From the NCBI GenBank assembly GCA_036172245.1, contig JAYWIR010000061.1, positions 434,001 through 498,000 of the forward strand: a stretch of DNA of 64,000 nt. The letters run 5' to 3'. A program made the position numbers and the translations under genes. Positions 1 through 11,996 of this stretch are shown here, piece by piece. The notes beneath the pieces were generated by a model. That model did not search any database. It was not told where the DNA came from and saw only the letters and a list, made by a program, of their open reading frames with translations. Each line of letters starts with the position of its first letter. The first letter of the stretch is position 1. The stretch comes from Raillietiella orientalis (taxonomy: Eukaryota).

Positions 1-710
1 TCGAGTCCCCCACCGCAGGATGACGCTGGTTGGCTTCTATTCGGGTACAGCCCTGGTGGTATCCGGAAACCCCCGGATGCCCCCTTTGACTGGTGGGGAC
101 TAGAAATGGATCGTCCGGGATTCTTCCAGGAGTCAAGGGGTCCTTCGGGGTCCCCCTCCGGGTGCGAAAAGGGAGCCGCACCATGCAGCTGGTTGATATC
201 CCTCTCAAGGGGTCGCCTCTCTAGAATGCAAGGAGCGCGCTGCTCCCTTCGGGGAGCGCCATCCACAGAAATTGGGAAGCGTTCCTTCGAGGTGCTCTTT
301 AGGGGCAGGAACAAGAAGCAATTCCCTCGCGGGTTTCCTCCGGAGAGGAAACGATGAGTGGGGGGTCCTTCTGGAGAGAATGATTAAGAAGAGGTTTCCC
401 TTCGAGGTTCTCTTCGGAGGCAACCAGGGAGTGGTTTCTCTTTGGGGCTCCCTCCCAAGAGCAAGAGGAAAAGGACTTCCTTCTCTTCCTGGATCCTCAG
501 GATGGTCTCTACACAGTCGCCCCTTGAATTGAAGAGTTGACACGCGCCCTCGAGTGACGTAGGCGGTGCTTCGAGTGCTTCGTAAGCAACTCCTGAGGAG
601 GCAGACGGTGGCCAGCTATCCTTGATCCAACACTCAGAGAATCGAAAAAAAAAAAAAAAAACTGGAAGGAAAGCAGCACAAATAGAAGAGCCCGAAAGGA
701 CTTCCGTCGT
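1..710 (+). repeat. Copy A of a duplicated Gypsy protease/RT-N-terminal segment (partner 44213-44886), truncated by the window edge
   Basis: 1-313 matches 44213-44525 at 312/313 positions, then similarity is looser to about 710. Eroded motifs: FDWWGLEMD (cf. FDVILGMDW), SLPRARG (LPPxR), YTVAP*IEEL (YRMAPxELxEL), and an A-run at the VKKKDG position. Confidence 0.85.
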
Positions 711-799
711 TGTAGGTTGATAGTTCCGATCTCCCAATGAGGTCGCTACTGGCCTTCAAAAAAGGGAAAAAGATGACAGGAATGCCGGATTCCTCCTGG

Positions 800-3700
800 T
801 GTGCTTTCCTTCTCTCAGCGAGTTCGACGGCAGTTTCTCTCTGGCTCGAAAACCTGAACCAATCCTTGTTCTCCTTGACGCGCAGCAGCAGCGCTGTATG
901 GGTTGCTCAAGCCTAACATGTAGAAACTTCTTAGGAGACAGGGCTGCTTGTCCTCCAGTCCAGTTCGACCACAGTTTTTGGCACTTTCGACATGCCACGT
1001 GTGACGACCAGCACGTACCAATCACTGGATAACCCGTGAAATCCGAATTTGAGAGTGCGTACCACTGTGACTGATCTTATTAGCCACTCTTCGTGCTTGT
1101 TTGGTAAATGACCCTTGCAGAAAGAAGTGGGGCACGGCATGCTCTTATTGAAAACGATGGCTGAGGAAGCAGCTGAGAACGTGGAAAGCTCGTTTGAGGA
1201 AACCATAGGAGCGCACCCTTCATGCAAAGCCCAAACTTCCATTAGCATGTAATAATTGAGCATCGTACACATTGTACACGTTGACTGGGGGCATTCTGGT
1301 GCCGCTAGAGGGACCTTTTCTTATTTTTCTATGGTTCTTCCTCGAGCAGGAATCCAATTTCGAACTTCGTGCTGCTGTTTTGTGCCTCTGCCTGCCTCCG
1401 TATCAATGGAAGCAGGAAGCAGACCTTCGCCTCAACGCTCGGATGAAAGGTCCCACCCTCCACCCCACCCAAAGCGGTCGCGCGTTTCAAGGGGAACTCC
1501 TCCGGAACGTCTCCAGAAAGTTCTTCCTCGAGAAGATCCAAAAGAACTGCACGATTTGGCACTGCGAGCTCGGGAAAGCAAAGTTCAACCTAATAGATGG
1601 ACCGCTGGCATTCAAGAGACGCGGCCCATCGTCTTGAGAGATGTGACTTGTCATTCTTCCTTTTTTTTTTTTTGTCAAAGGAAAAGGTTTATGGTGATCT
1701 TACAGGAAGCTAGCTACTACTAACCTAAGGATGAAGGAATCCTGACTCACTTTTGTTGCCTCCAGCCTTCTTCCGGATTTTTCTTTATTTTCTCCTTTTT
1801 TTAGGGGGGTTCTCTGAGCCCTCAAGAACTGCTTCACCACATAGCAGCATCGAAGCGGCTTCACAATACCGCCCGATGGGCTCTTCTACAGAAACGCACC
1901 CAAGGTCCACGCGTAGAGGGGAAGGAAGGGGAGGCCCTTAAGGAGACTGCGGCTTTCCGTTTCCTGGACAACCCCTGTGAGGTTCACTCTCGATTCCCAG
2001 CTGACCCAAGAAAGGGCTCCGTCACGCACTCTGCCAGCGTGCACCCGAAGCGTTAAGCCATCTCGGGTTCATCTTGAGCAGGGTCTCAAAATGAACCCGA
2101 CTCGGCGTGGATCCTTGAGGGTATTCAACCCCGCGGCGTCAGGTGCTGCCCTCGGACTCTGAGACCGCACGGCCGCCGACGAGAGAATGGAAACGTTCTC
2201 TGAGCACCCTTCCAGCCTGTCACTCCAGGGTTCACACCACCACATCACTCATACGGAACCATCATTTTAACGACAGTTCTTCGCTTGGAAATCGGGATAA
2301 AGGTGCGGGAAACCATTTGAAGAGGACTTTTGGTAGCCCTGACATGCCAATTTGTTGGGAGGCGAAGGCAGACGGACAACGAAAGCTGGAGTGCCTGCAT
2401 CCTGGCCCCAGCGATGGAATACAGGAGTCGAGGATGAAGGCGAAAGTGCCTTGGCACGAATAGGCTTAAGAGCGACCTTTGACATGAATTCGGTCGCTCC
2501 AAAATAAAAGGCGTCCTGATCTCATGATAGTTCGGCACGTTCCCTAGAAGAAACGGGCGCTTTCCGCAACGAAGGCCTTACCAATGGCCAGCCAAGAAAG
2601 GTAAAAAGGCCCGGTCGTCTTCTGGAAGATCCCGAGGAATGTCTCACACAAAGGACACTTTTCAATGATGATGGAGTGTGGGAGAAGATTCTTGCTTGCA
2701 ACAGCTTTTGCTCTTCGTCTACACTCCATCTCCTCTTTCTCTCCTTCCGAGACATTCAAGACAGCTGCTTCCAGACAGCCGCACCTAATCAAAGCGCTCC
2801 CTGCTTGAGCGGCAACAAGTTGCTCATGAATCTCCGAGGAGGCTGCTTCTTTCTCTCTCGAGAAGCCTTAACCACTCATTCCGCCCATGGATCACGTGTC
2901 CAGGATGACAAATGGTTCACGACGAGGCCGCTTCAGGTAGTGGACCGAACTCACTTCGTCGCGCCGTCCCCCCAAGAAGCCAGCCAAAACAGCGTACTGT
3001 CAAGCGAAAAATCATCGGGACGTCACCGGACGCGCATAACTGGAGAGTAGCACTCTGTTGCGCACTCTGGGAACTCGTTTTTTGACCAGCTCTGATGGCT
3101 TTTCGGTCGTCGCCGACACCACGGAACAGGATCGATTGCAGGTCGCTGAAGGACTCGCTGGTTGGTGAAGATCCAGCTCGTGGTTTCTCCGTGAAACAAG
3201 CGGATGCGCTACTTAGGAAGAAGGATGCGGGAGAGGCTCGAAGGGACGCTCGGGGTCCGCTAAAGATCATTTCCGGAGTCCTGTCGCCCCGCCTACCCAG
3301 GGTTGGGAGATTTTGCGAGACTCATCTCGCGATAGGCTAAGGAAACCTAAGGGAACCTCCTCACTGAACTGGAGAAGTCCGGGCGAGCAATCCGCATGCA
3401 GAGGAAGAAGGGTTGGTGAGTGATGATGACTGTTCGTAAAGATGTCAAGGTTAGGATGTCGAGATGAGAGTGGACGACGTTCATTTGGAGGAGGAAGGTG
3501 TTTAATGGTCGCAACCTCGGAGTTTCCAGTCGCGCCATGAGGAAAGTAGGCACAATTACATGGGTAGTAATAAGTTGAAAAGAAGGAATTGACGGGAAAC
3601 AATGTCTTCGGAACGGAGGCAGAGCGTGGAGAGAGGAAATCCGGCGATCAGGGAATCAGGGCAGCGAAAACCCCGGATGCCGAGCGGAAGGCTGAGCCGA

Positions 3701-5800
3701 GGAGATGTGAACTTGCCCTACAAAGCCCTCGCCTCAACAAGCGACCTCCCGAAAGCCATTCCCGCACCAGCCTTTTTTTTTTTTTTTAACGACGACGAAG
3801 TTGGATACAGGTCGAGGAAATGAAGGAGGCTGCGGAAAATTCATCCCTTTGCATTGCTTGATGTAAATCCCGAATGCTCTGAGGAAATCAGGAGAGGAGC
3901 AGGAAATTGGGAACGAGGTTGGAATAATCCCATCTTTCTGCGTGTATTCCTGTCTTTGCTATGCCTCGGGAAGAGAAGACCTTCTTACGAAGCACGCGCA
4001 CATGAGGACTTTTCCACGTCCGCAAAGAAGAACAAGGCTGCAAGAGCTTGGACAAGATGAACATTTAGGAAAGGATGAACATAGGTGTATTTTTTTCTTT
4101 GGGCAACCAACACATTGCACTGCCGAAAATGCAAACATGGAGGCGGTAGGAAGGCAAACTCAAGAGGAAATCCTGGAGTTGATATACTGGCCGATAGGAA
4201 GGGGAACTTCATTAAAGCAAAATCCAACGATCGATACGGCATTCCTGCTGGTACATCGAGAGCTCGGAATCAGGGAACTGGAGCGAAACTGTCCGCGATC
4301 GACTACTGCTGAAGTCATTCTGGCGAAAACCCACCCACACACACGTCCTAGATCGGAAGAAACGCCGTGAACTTCGAGAAGGGCTTTCGTTTCCGTTCGT
4401 GCTTTCTTCGAGGTCAGGTGTCTTCGCTCCTGCTGAAGCATCACACGGAGTTTCTAATCAGGCTTGATTTGTTTAAAGGAAGATAAAGAGCACGAATTCC
4501 CAGGCTGCTGATCATCAGCTGTGGTGACCATGCGGTGCGTTCAGAGAACTTGCAGTATTCTGAATGACCGTGGAGAGGTGGCCGACGGAACATATCGATT
4601 CCACTTTTTCCTCTTGCAGCAGCGCTCGCAGAAATTTCGCTTGCCAAAAAAGAAGAAATCAAAAACCGGACATGCCCTGTAGCTAAGCAGATTCGAAAAA
4701 CGCAAACCTCGAAAGCTCTACACGTTCCTCTACACTTCCAGAATTCTGACAGTCAAGCAAAGATTTGGGACACTAAAGCCCTGCTATGAGGAAACTAAAG
4801 CTCCGTTATCTTTTTGGTTTCTCCAGGCATCCTTATAATATCGAAGTACCTAGAAGCGCACCTCTTCCAGGAGGAAGCTGGTCATGGTTTCGAAGCAGCT
4901 CAGGCGGTATTTAGGAGGAGGATAAGCAGTCGATTGGATTCATCTCCAGTGAAGCAACATTAATCGCTGAAGAGCAGCAGTACTTTGTTGCAAATGAGGA
5001 TGAGCAAAAAGTCACGCTCACTTCATAAAAGGCGGTAGCGTCTCTGTCCCTTATGGGACCGTGAGAGAAAACGGTCTACTTCCCTCTGCCGCTGCCAATC
5101 GGATGAAATTCACCTTTGAACTCTCCGTCGGTTTGTGCCTGGAAGAGTTGGAAGGTTGAACGCGTATTTTCATTGCCGATCCGGGGTACACGAGGTTGCC
5201 TTCCTGCACACCCCTTGGAGTCACTTGCGATTCCTGGTGTCGCCCATTCGTAGCTGGCGCCGAGACTTCATCTGCCTCGATGGTGTCACTGAGGTCAGCA
5301 CCATAGTGCCACCTGCTCGTCTGAAAGGACCCCAACCAACGGAGCACATCCTCTGTTGTGTTCTAAGAGGGATAGACACCTGCTAACCAGGGATGCGAGC
5401 CAGTAAAGAAACCGGAATCCCAGCGAAGCAACGCTCAAATATCAGGATAGATCACGGCTCGAGGGAATGATTTTCTCCGGCCAGTGGCGGCTAACTGCAC
5501 CAAGATGGCCAAGATGGATTTCTAAGTAGCTGTGCGCATATTTCGAGGGAGACGAAGAACAGACTCAAGGTCACAGCCTCCCTCTCGGAGAGCTGCCCTG
5601 GCTCTTTTATAGAGTTCTTTTCCGCTGTCAGTTTCGGATGACTTCTCTGTCAGCTGCATCCTTCTTGGAAGTGTCTTCTTGAGCATTTTCCTCCGTCCTC
5701 CTCTCCTGCAATCCTGTTCAAGCCCATCATGAATACCGCAAAGCAGATCGGATCCTAGCACTTCTAGAGTGCCACCAAGAAGCCGTCTTTAAGCCCGAAG
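800..5800 (-). mobile_element. Near full-length decayed Ty3/Gypsy gag-pol (gag-PR-RT-RH-IN) with internal insertions
   Basis: Collinear eroded motifs on minus: GIHDGLEQDCR (gag, ~5720), LVYPGS (PR, ~5185), GIRALYLPLNKS (RT, ~4480), NTFLLQMN and LDIFTNS (~3500-3430), EEVPLGF (~3350), RKERKRRWSVDEEQK (~2730), TPFILE (RH, ~2505), HVACRKCQK (IN zinc finger, ~990). Confidence 0.6.
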
Positions 5801-6049
5801 GCTTTCGCAGCCAACGGAGGGAACGAGCAGAAAATGATGGAACAGGTGAACCGACAGTCAGCAACGTCCATCGTGATTCAGATTCGGCCAGGTGAACCCC
5901 TTCCTGAGGGACTCGATCCGGAAGACGAGTAACGTCCGCGAGACTTTCGGGCATGCCGCACCATCGCCTCGAGCAGGGGAGAAAGATATCACGGTAGCCA
6001 CCCCACGGATGCGAGAGATCGAGTAGGGGGGGAGAGGCAACACCGAGGG

Positions 6050-6850
6050 CTTCCTTACGAGATGACAGAATGGGAAGTCAAAGAGCGGCGTCGAACGCGA
6101 GTCGGTGCAAGCAGACTTTTCAAGCAGGTCGACACCCCCACGGGCTAGAGCCTTGTGGGAACAAGTGAGATCATCCATTGCTGCGGCATCATTTAAACGA
6201 AGAAGAGGAAAACGAATTCCACTGCAGGACATGGAGTTCTTCCGAAAACGGACTCAGGAATGATGATCGGAAAGTGACGAACACTCAGCATCAGGGCGTC
6301 GCTGCCCCCACGCGGATTCTCAGCTGACCCACCCGCGTCTTGCGAAGAGGCTCCGGCTCGGTGGAAGGGAAGCGCACCCTGACGGCCCACTGGAAACCGG
6401 GGAAGGAGCGGTTCGGCCCTCTCCACGCCAACTTTCCTTTCGGGAGCACGTCGGAATGCTTGCCGTGACGTCATCTGCCTCTCTGGTTCAGTCCGGCAGC
6501 CCCCGCAAGCGTGACCTTGGGATTCCCATTCCCAGAAGATGCAGGGGACCGGGAAGCGTCGGGCTGAGTCCACGGGGATGGACGAGGAGGGGGAGGGTGA
6601 AGGAATTGAGGAATTCGTAGGTTTCGGAGGCTCCCAGCGTGGTCCCGTGAAATATCGGGAGCTCCGAGATGCTACCCCGTGCATCACCGGCGCAAAGTTG
6701 AGTGGCGCTGCATTCAGCAGGTATGCAGAGGGCAAAGGGGTGGCGGATCTCCAGGTCTTCTTCCTTCCAGTCTGCCAGATAAAGGGAAAGGGCTGGAGGC
6801 GGGAAGAATCAGGGAGGGAAAGGATTGCCACGGTCCTGCAGCTGCCCGCA
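6050..6850 (+). mobile_element. Decayed Gypsy RT-RNase H fragment; 6291-6670 is a diverged homologue of 9402-9786
   Basis: Alignable nucleotide repeat with 9402-9786. Motifs ASFKRRRGK..DMEF, EFVGFGGSQRG and KLSGAAFSRYAEGK. Confidence 0.55.
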
Positions 6851-7700
6851 CCGAGGAGGCAGACTGCTAGAGAGGAAACGCAAGGAGGCCGTCACTCACC
6901 CCCCTTTCCTATTTCCCTGCGCCATGGTTCCCCCACTCCTTCCAAGAGGGTCGGCTCACGCGGTCGACCTCTGACCTGAATCCCGCAAGGAACGAGCCAC
7001 GCACGCGTCTATGACCTTCAGGGCCGGCGGGTGAGATGGTCTCTCGCTCTTGCAAACCGCCGAGGTCTTGCGGCACCAAACTCCTCTAGGTTTCTTCCCT
7101 GGGGAATGAGAGCCTGCTGCGAGGGCACTTCCAGTAGGTGCTGGTGGCATCCGCATCCGCACTCCTAGCTGGCTCTGCTTACCCGGAACGCTTTCTCTCC
7201 AGGAAGGGGGCGGGAGGGTTCGATCGACCACCAACCGCGCGAACGCGGGATCGACCCTTCTTTTTCCCTCCTCCCCTCCAGACGAGCATGCATGCAGGTT
7301 CCCCTCCTCGTGTCCCTCTTCCGTTCACCGCCATCACGGCTCCAGTCTCCTAGCAGAGGAGGATATTTGGCTGTCGCTTTGGGCGAGGAAGGAGGAGGAG
7401 AAAGGGAGGCTCATTGATCCCCCCCCCTTTCCTTCGCAGCCTTCCCTCGGACTAGGGAGAAGGTTCGTCACCTCCCGATGACAAAGAGAGAGGCAGGAGG
7501 TGGTGGTCGCAGCCAACCTCTGTCTCCTTAGCAGCAGCTTGTTGGGAGCTGCATGGCGCGAGATGCCTTATCGAAGGGCGGGAGCGGACGGCGAGAAGCA
7601 GGGAAAGGGGAGACTGACGTAGGGGAACACCTACACTTCCCCTGCGCCCTCCCGTGTTTCTTTCCTGACGCACGCGGACCCGAAGGCGGGTGCCACTTAC

Positions 7701-7809
7701 GTTGATGAGGATCCGCTCGCACAGCTTGTGGTCGTGCGGCACGGGTTTCAAGGCGACCGCGCTGTCCTTGGTCAGCTGCTTCTCTTGGCGGCGGTCCTTA
7801 GGCAGCGAC
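7701..7809 (-). CDS. Sh: Internal coding exon of a Shaker/Kv1-type voltage-gated K+ channel (N-terminal linker and start of T1 tetramerisation domain)
   Basis: Minus strand reads pyrimidine tract + ttgcag | g tcg ctg cct aag ... ctc atc aac | gtaagt. This is 1 nt + 36 codons: (R)SLPKDRRQEKQLTKDSAVALKPVPHDHKLCERILIN. From memory, Drosophila Shaker reads RSLPKLSSQ...[20 protein letters not shown], and its alternative N-termini join at SLPK. Both the SLPK start and the PHDH..CER..IN end match. Confidence 0.8.
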
Positions 7810-8464
7810 CTGCAACAGATAGAGAGGAAGTCATTGGGGGGCTGCGGGAAAGGAGAGAGGAAGGGAGGGTTGGGATGAGGGCAAGGAGGGGGTTCACCCC
7901 CATCTGAAGACGGTCACACCCTCTTTCTCCGCTCCTCCCCCATCCCTCCATAGGGCGAGACGGAGGGGAGGAAGTTGGGAGGAGGAGGTCAGAGCCTTAG
8001 AAGGAGCCGTAAGACAGCCCTCTTTGGACATCCGTCGCTCATTCCGGTCGGAGGAGACCGCCAAGTCCTCCTGCTTTGGCCCGGGAGGGAGGAGCTCGGT
8101 CTCTCCGCTTTTCTGTGGCTCGTGTGATGGAGACCGGGCGCGCCATCGCAGCGCAGCGTCACTCGCAGGAAATCCTCCTGTCCCCGGCTCTCGCCTTCCC
8201 CTCCTTCCTCCTTAATCCCCCCAGTACATGGCGCGGGGCTGGCAGCGATTGGCTTCGGTGCGAAGCTCCGTCAAAAGTTCGGTGCCGTGAAGGAGGGAGC
8301 CACCCTCGGAGCCACCGGGCGAGCGGCAGCTCCCGGACCAGCTAAGGCGGTAGCCGAACAGGGGTCGAGGCGCGTCTCCCGTGACGCGACGCTCCTTCTC
8401 CTTCCGTCCGGTTCCACCCACAACCACCGCTTGTCCTCGGGGAAAAAGGAGAAAAAATAATCAC

Positions 8465-8538
8465 GTATTTTTAGGTAGATCGGCTGCTCGTCCCAACCCG
8501 AGCTATTTTTAGACTGTGTTCCCAGAGGTATTTTTATA
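8465..8538. promoter_or_regulatory. Cluster of MEF2-type sites
   Basis: Perfect CTATTTTTAG at 8503-8512 plus GTATTTTTAG at 8465-8474 and GTATTTTTATA at 8528-8538 in otherwise GC-rich DNA, about 0.7 kb from the Shaker-like exon. Confidence 0.4.
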
Positions 8539-8559
8539 CCACCGCACCTCCTTCGCTCC

Positions 8560-9030
8560 TCCTCCTGCGAAAGCGCGAGCAGAGCGAAGTGAGGGGAAGA
8601 AAGGGGAAGGGGGACAACTCAAACCTCTCCCCTTCCCCACCTCCATCTTACTCCTCGAAGACGGGAAGTGGTGGCAAGAAAAACGCACGCGGCTCCCGAA
8701 GGAGAGAAGAGACAGCGATGGTCCCTCGGAGAGAAGGGAGGGCAAGTCCTCAGGCGTCAAGGACGATGATCCCAGTAGGAAGTTCAAGGCTACGCCCGTG
8801 AAAGCTTCCGAGTCGGACTTCCAGGGAGTCCCTTCTCCCTTTCTTCTTTTGGCGGACGGACGGTCATCAGCCGCCCGTCCACCGAGCTTTACACCTCGCT
8901 CGCAACGCAATCATGCCCGCGAAGGCGGCGTGCCACTTCGTCCCTTCTCTTCCCTGCTCCCCTTTCCTTCCGGTTCCCGAGTGAGGGGGAGGCAGGGGGA
9001 ACCTGACTGGAGAAGGGAAGAGGGAGGGAG
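8560..9030 (+). mobile_element. Decayed Gypsy integrase core
   Basis: In ORF 8516-9157: GQLKPLPFP (GLLQPLPIP), TRLPK, FQGVPS (HGVP), RPPSFTP (RDPRFTS), GVPLRPFSSLLP (GTxLxFSTAYHP), RQGEPDWR. Confidence 0.55.
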
Positions 9031-9181
9031 AGGAGGAAGAGGACGACGTGAGCGAGAAGGTCGCGGGAAATGTCTCCTGCTTGAGAAAGAGTTTCCCGGG
9101 AACCACATCTCCTGTTGCTCCGAGAGACGACGAGCGCTTCCGGGTCTCCCGGAGTGACCGAGGTCGTGCAGAAATATTGTA

Positions 9182-10700
9182 GTGGGAAGGGGCAAGGGGA
9201 CGATCCTCCTGGGACAGAGAGGGCACGACAAGGAGCATTTTTTCCGGCTAAACTGTGGGACCGAAGCGTCTCCCAATAGTCGTCGGACGGTGGATTTGGC
9301 AGGCTTGAGTCCACCTCGTCGGGAGGAGGGAACTGGACGCGCCCTGCCGAGCCACGCCGCTCCCACCGTGGCTCCCGAGGAATCACCAAGGGAACTGCGC
9401 CTCAGGGCATCACCCCACGCGGATTCTCAGCTGACCGCCCTGTCTTGCGAAGAGGCTCCGGTTCGGCGTAAGGGAAGCACACCCTGGCGGCCGCTGGAAA
9501 CCGGGGAAGGGGTGGTTCGACTCCCTCCGCACCAACTCCCCTTTTGGGCTCACGTCGGAACGCTTGCCGTGACGTCATCTGCCGCTCGGGTTCAGTCCTG
9601 CAGCCCCCGCCCGTGCGACCTTGGGAATCCTGTTCCCGGAAGAGGCTGGGAACCGGAAAGCGTCGGGCTGGAGCCTACGGGAATGAATGAGGAGGGTGAG
9701 GGTTGGTGGGTGGGGGGAAGGAAAGAAGGAATCCCTGCGGCTTCGGAGGCTTCTGACATAAAGTGTTGGTCGGGAGCGCTGAGACTCTCCAAGACGCGAG
9801 GTCGCTTGGATAATCGATGCGGGCGAATCGCCCTTGGAAAAAAGTCTCGGGTCACGCAGTCTCGTCGCTGTCATGGCGACCTCCAGTGTCGCCATGACAG
9901 CGACGAGGTGCCGAGGTCACCGCTAAGCGCCCTACAGCAAGATGCACTCCCTCTCTTCCTACCATTTGCTGAAAGCCGAAGAGACGGCCGCGATCTCGAA
10001 GGTCGCAGCCAGCCGCGCGGGAAATTACACCTGCGAAGATGTCCAGCGGCATTCGAAGGTCTCCCAAGTAGCATTTCGATCACTCCCGGAACAGCAGTCC
10101 ATGAACGATGGGCTCCCTTCCCATGCTCTAGGACGAAAACTACGCACCTTCCTCGCGAGAAGAGGCTGACCCGCGACCGTCTTTTTGGATCATTTCAGCT
10201 TCCTCGCAACGATTCAAGCCCCGATGAAGGGAACGGGATGCATGTGGCTGTTTTGACCAGGGACCTCTTGGATGGGTCCCGCTTTCCCGGGAAGATTCGC
10301 CTCGCTTCCAAAAGGTCGCGCCCTTTTCCGCCTTCCTCTGAAGGAGCTGAGATGGTCTCATTCGAACGGTTCAGTGGTGCATGCGAGCCGTGCTGGTAAT
10401 GGCTGGGCGGGCAGAAGGAAGAGAGTTTCACGCACCAATGGTGGCCCAGGAGGAGGTTTGTCGGTCCGCTCTTGCCTCCACCTGCGGTGTTCACGGAGAG
10501 ATGTTTCGCGGGTGCATCAGCCATAGGAGTGGCCACTGTCCTTTCGCTCGTCGCAAGACCACTCGAGGCATCCGTACCCGGCTGCGGCTTCCATGTAGGG
10601 TCCATCCCCTGCACATCCGGCATCGGCTGAGGTTTTCGTGGTGTTCGCGTCCTGCTCATGCAAATTCACACCCAATCTGCCCTCTCGTCCTCAGGAGAGC
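9182..10700 (+). mobile_element. Decayed Gypsy RT-RH-IN fragment
   Basis: ORF 9182-10399: PEESPRELRL (EEHLxHLR), QLTALSC, GEGVV, SEASD (TDASD), SISITPGT (IxYxPGK). ORF 10381-10887: VHGEMFRGCISHRSG (LHGxPxxIVSDRG), RVHP. Confidence 0.5.
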
Positions 10701-11368
10701 GGGCACAGCTTGCATAAGCGACCGCCCTTCTGCTGCGGAAGACGAAGAGCGGACACTTCAGCAAGTGAAGGAACAGGGCACCCCCGTTCGTAGTGAGCAT
10801 TCCGAGTCTTCGGCTCCCTTGGCAAGGGATGGCGACCGCGGAGCTCAGAAAGCGTGTGAGGGCGGTCCGGATCCGCAGATCCTTTGAAGTGGGGTGACCG
10901 GGCACCACCTGACATTGGGGAGTGGATCTCGACTCTCGGCCGCCGCGGGCAAATCGCGCTCGGTCGCTAGGTGGGAAACGAGCGTGGCCGGGGAGCCCCA
11001 AGGGCTTCTCGGGAGGCAGAGCTACCGGGTTGGGATGCGGCTTCGGAGGTGCTGATCTCTCAGGTCAGCTAGGCATCGGCGGTCAGCACCGTGGTCCTAG
11101 AAGGAGCCCGGAGCCGGCTCCTTGAGAGCACCTGTGAAATCGATAGGGCATTCTTCCTGGAGATCTGCGACGGCGCGGAGTCTCCTCCCCAAGGACCCTG
11201 GGACACCCTCCTTTCTCTCAAAGGAAGGTGGTAGGATGGCCTTCTTCCAGAGAGGCCTGGCAACCAAGCACTCCCGGAGTGGCTTTCCTGACGAGTCCTT
11301 CAAAGAGGCCGCTATGCCGTGGTACTGGACGCGCACGCTCCTTTTTTCGCCTCCAACCCGAACGTACA

Positions 11369-11996
11369 TCCCGTGAGGCACTTTCGAACCTGATTCGAAG
11401 GGAGGAAGGTAGGAAGGGAAGAAGAAGAGGACAAAGGGAGAGGAAGAGGAAGGGAAGAGGAGGGCGTCGGAAGGCGCCCCATCCGCGGAGGAGGCAGTGC
11501 TGGACGACCTCCTCTTCCGTCAACAGAAGGAGGGTCAGGAGTTTCGACCTTCGAGTTCGGCCTCCTCTTCAGTGGCACCGCGGGCGCTTCTCCATGCACC
11601 TTCGGCAGCTCGATCCCCAGCAGCCTCCTTGGGGCGATATCCGGGAATTCCCACCGCTTCGGGCACGGACCAGGGTCTCCGATGCTAATGGGTGAGATTC
11701 CTCGCATTCCCCGCTGGCGGTGGGAGACGCGGCTGCCCGGACAGCCGCCGCCCCACGAGCGAGTTCGCAACCTCCAAGCTCCGCGACGCATCCCACCCTC
11801 CACCTGACGCTCTCTCCGGGGGTTTCGACTCCCGGGACCGTTCTTCGGGATCCTCCGCATTGCATCGGTTGGATTGTTCTTTATGGAAAAGAGGCGCGAG
11901 AGCGTTTTGAAACAGCTCTCCTGCTTGGGCAATTTGTGTGGGATTCGCTTCCGGGATTCGCTCGTCAGTTTCGTCTTGCAGCCACTTCCCCTCCCC
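11369..11996 (+). repeat. Copy 1 of a ~0.62-kb direct duplication of a decayed Gypsy integrase segment
   Basis: About 10 mismatches over the first ~525 nt versus 15634-16242. Translation GRGGRRKA..RQCW..RRVRSFDL..LRQLDPQQPPWGDIREF follows the GHxG..K..W..VRSCDxC..LQPL..PW pattern. Confidence 0.9.

Noticed and set aside
6900..6975. Next Shaker exon (ttcag|VRGRPREPTL...|gtgagt)
   Set aside because: Splice-like ends, but the peptide does not match the highly conserved VSGLRFETQLRTL. The real exon probably lies before position 1.
9505..9535. tRNA-like 3' end GGTTCGACTCC...CCA
   Set aside because: The T-stem does not pair, the motif is absent from the homologous copy at ~6410, and it lies within an RT fossil.
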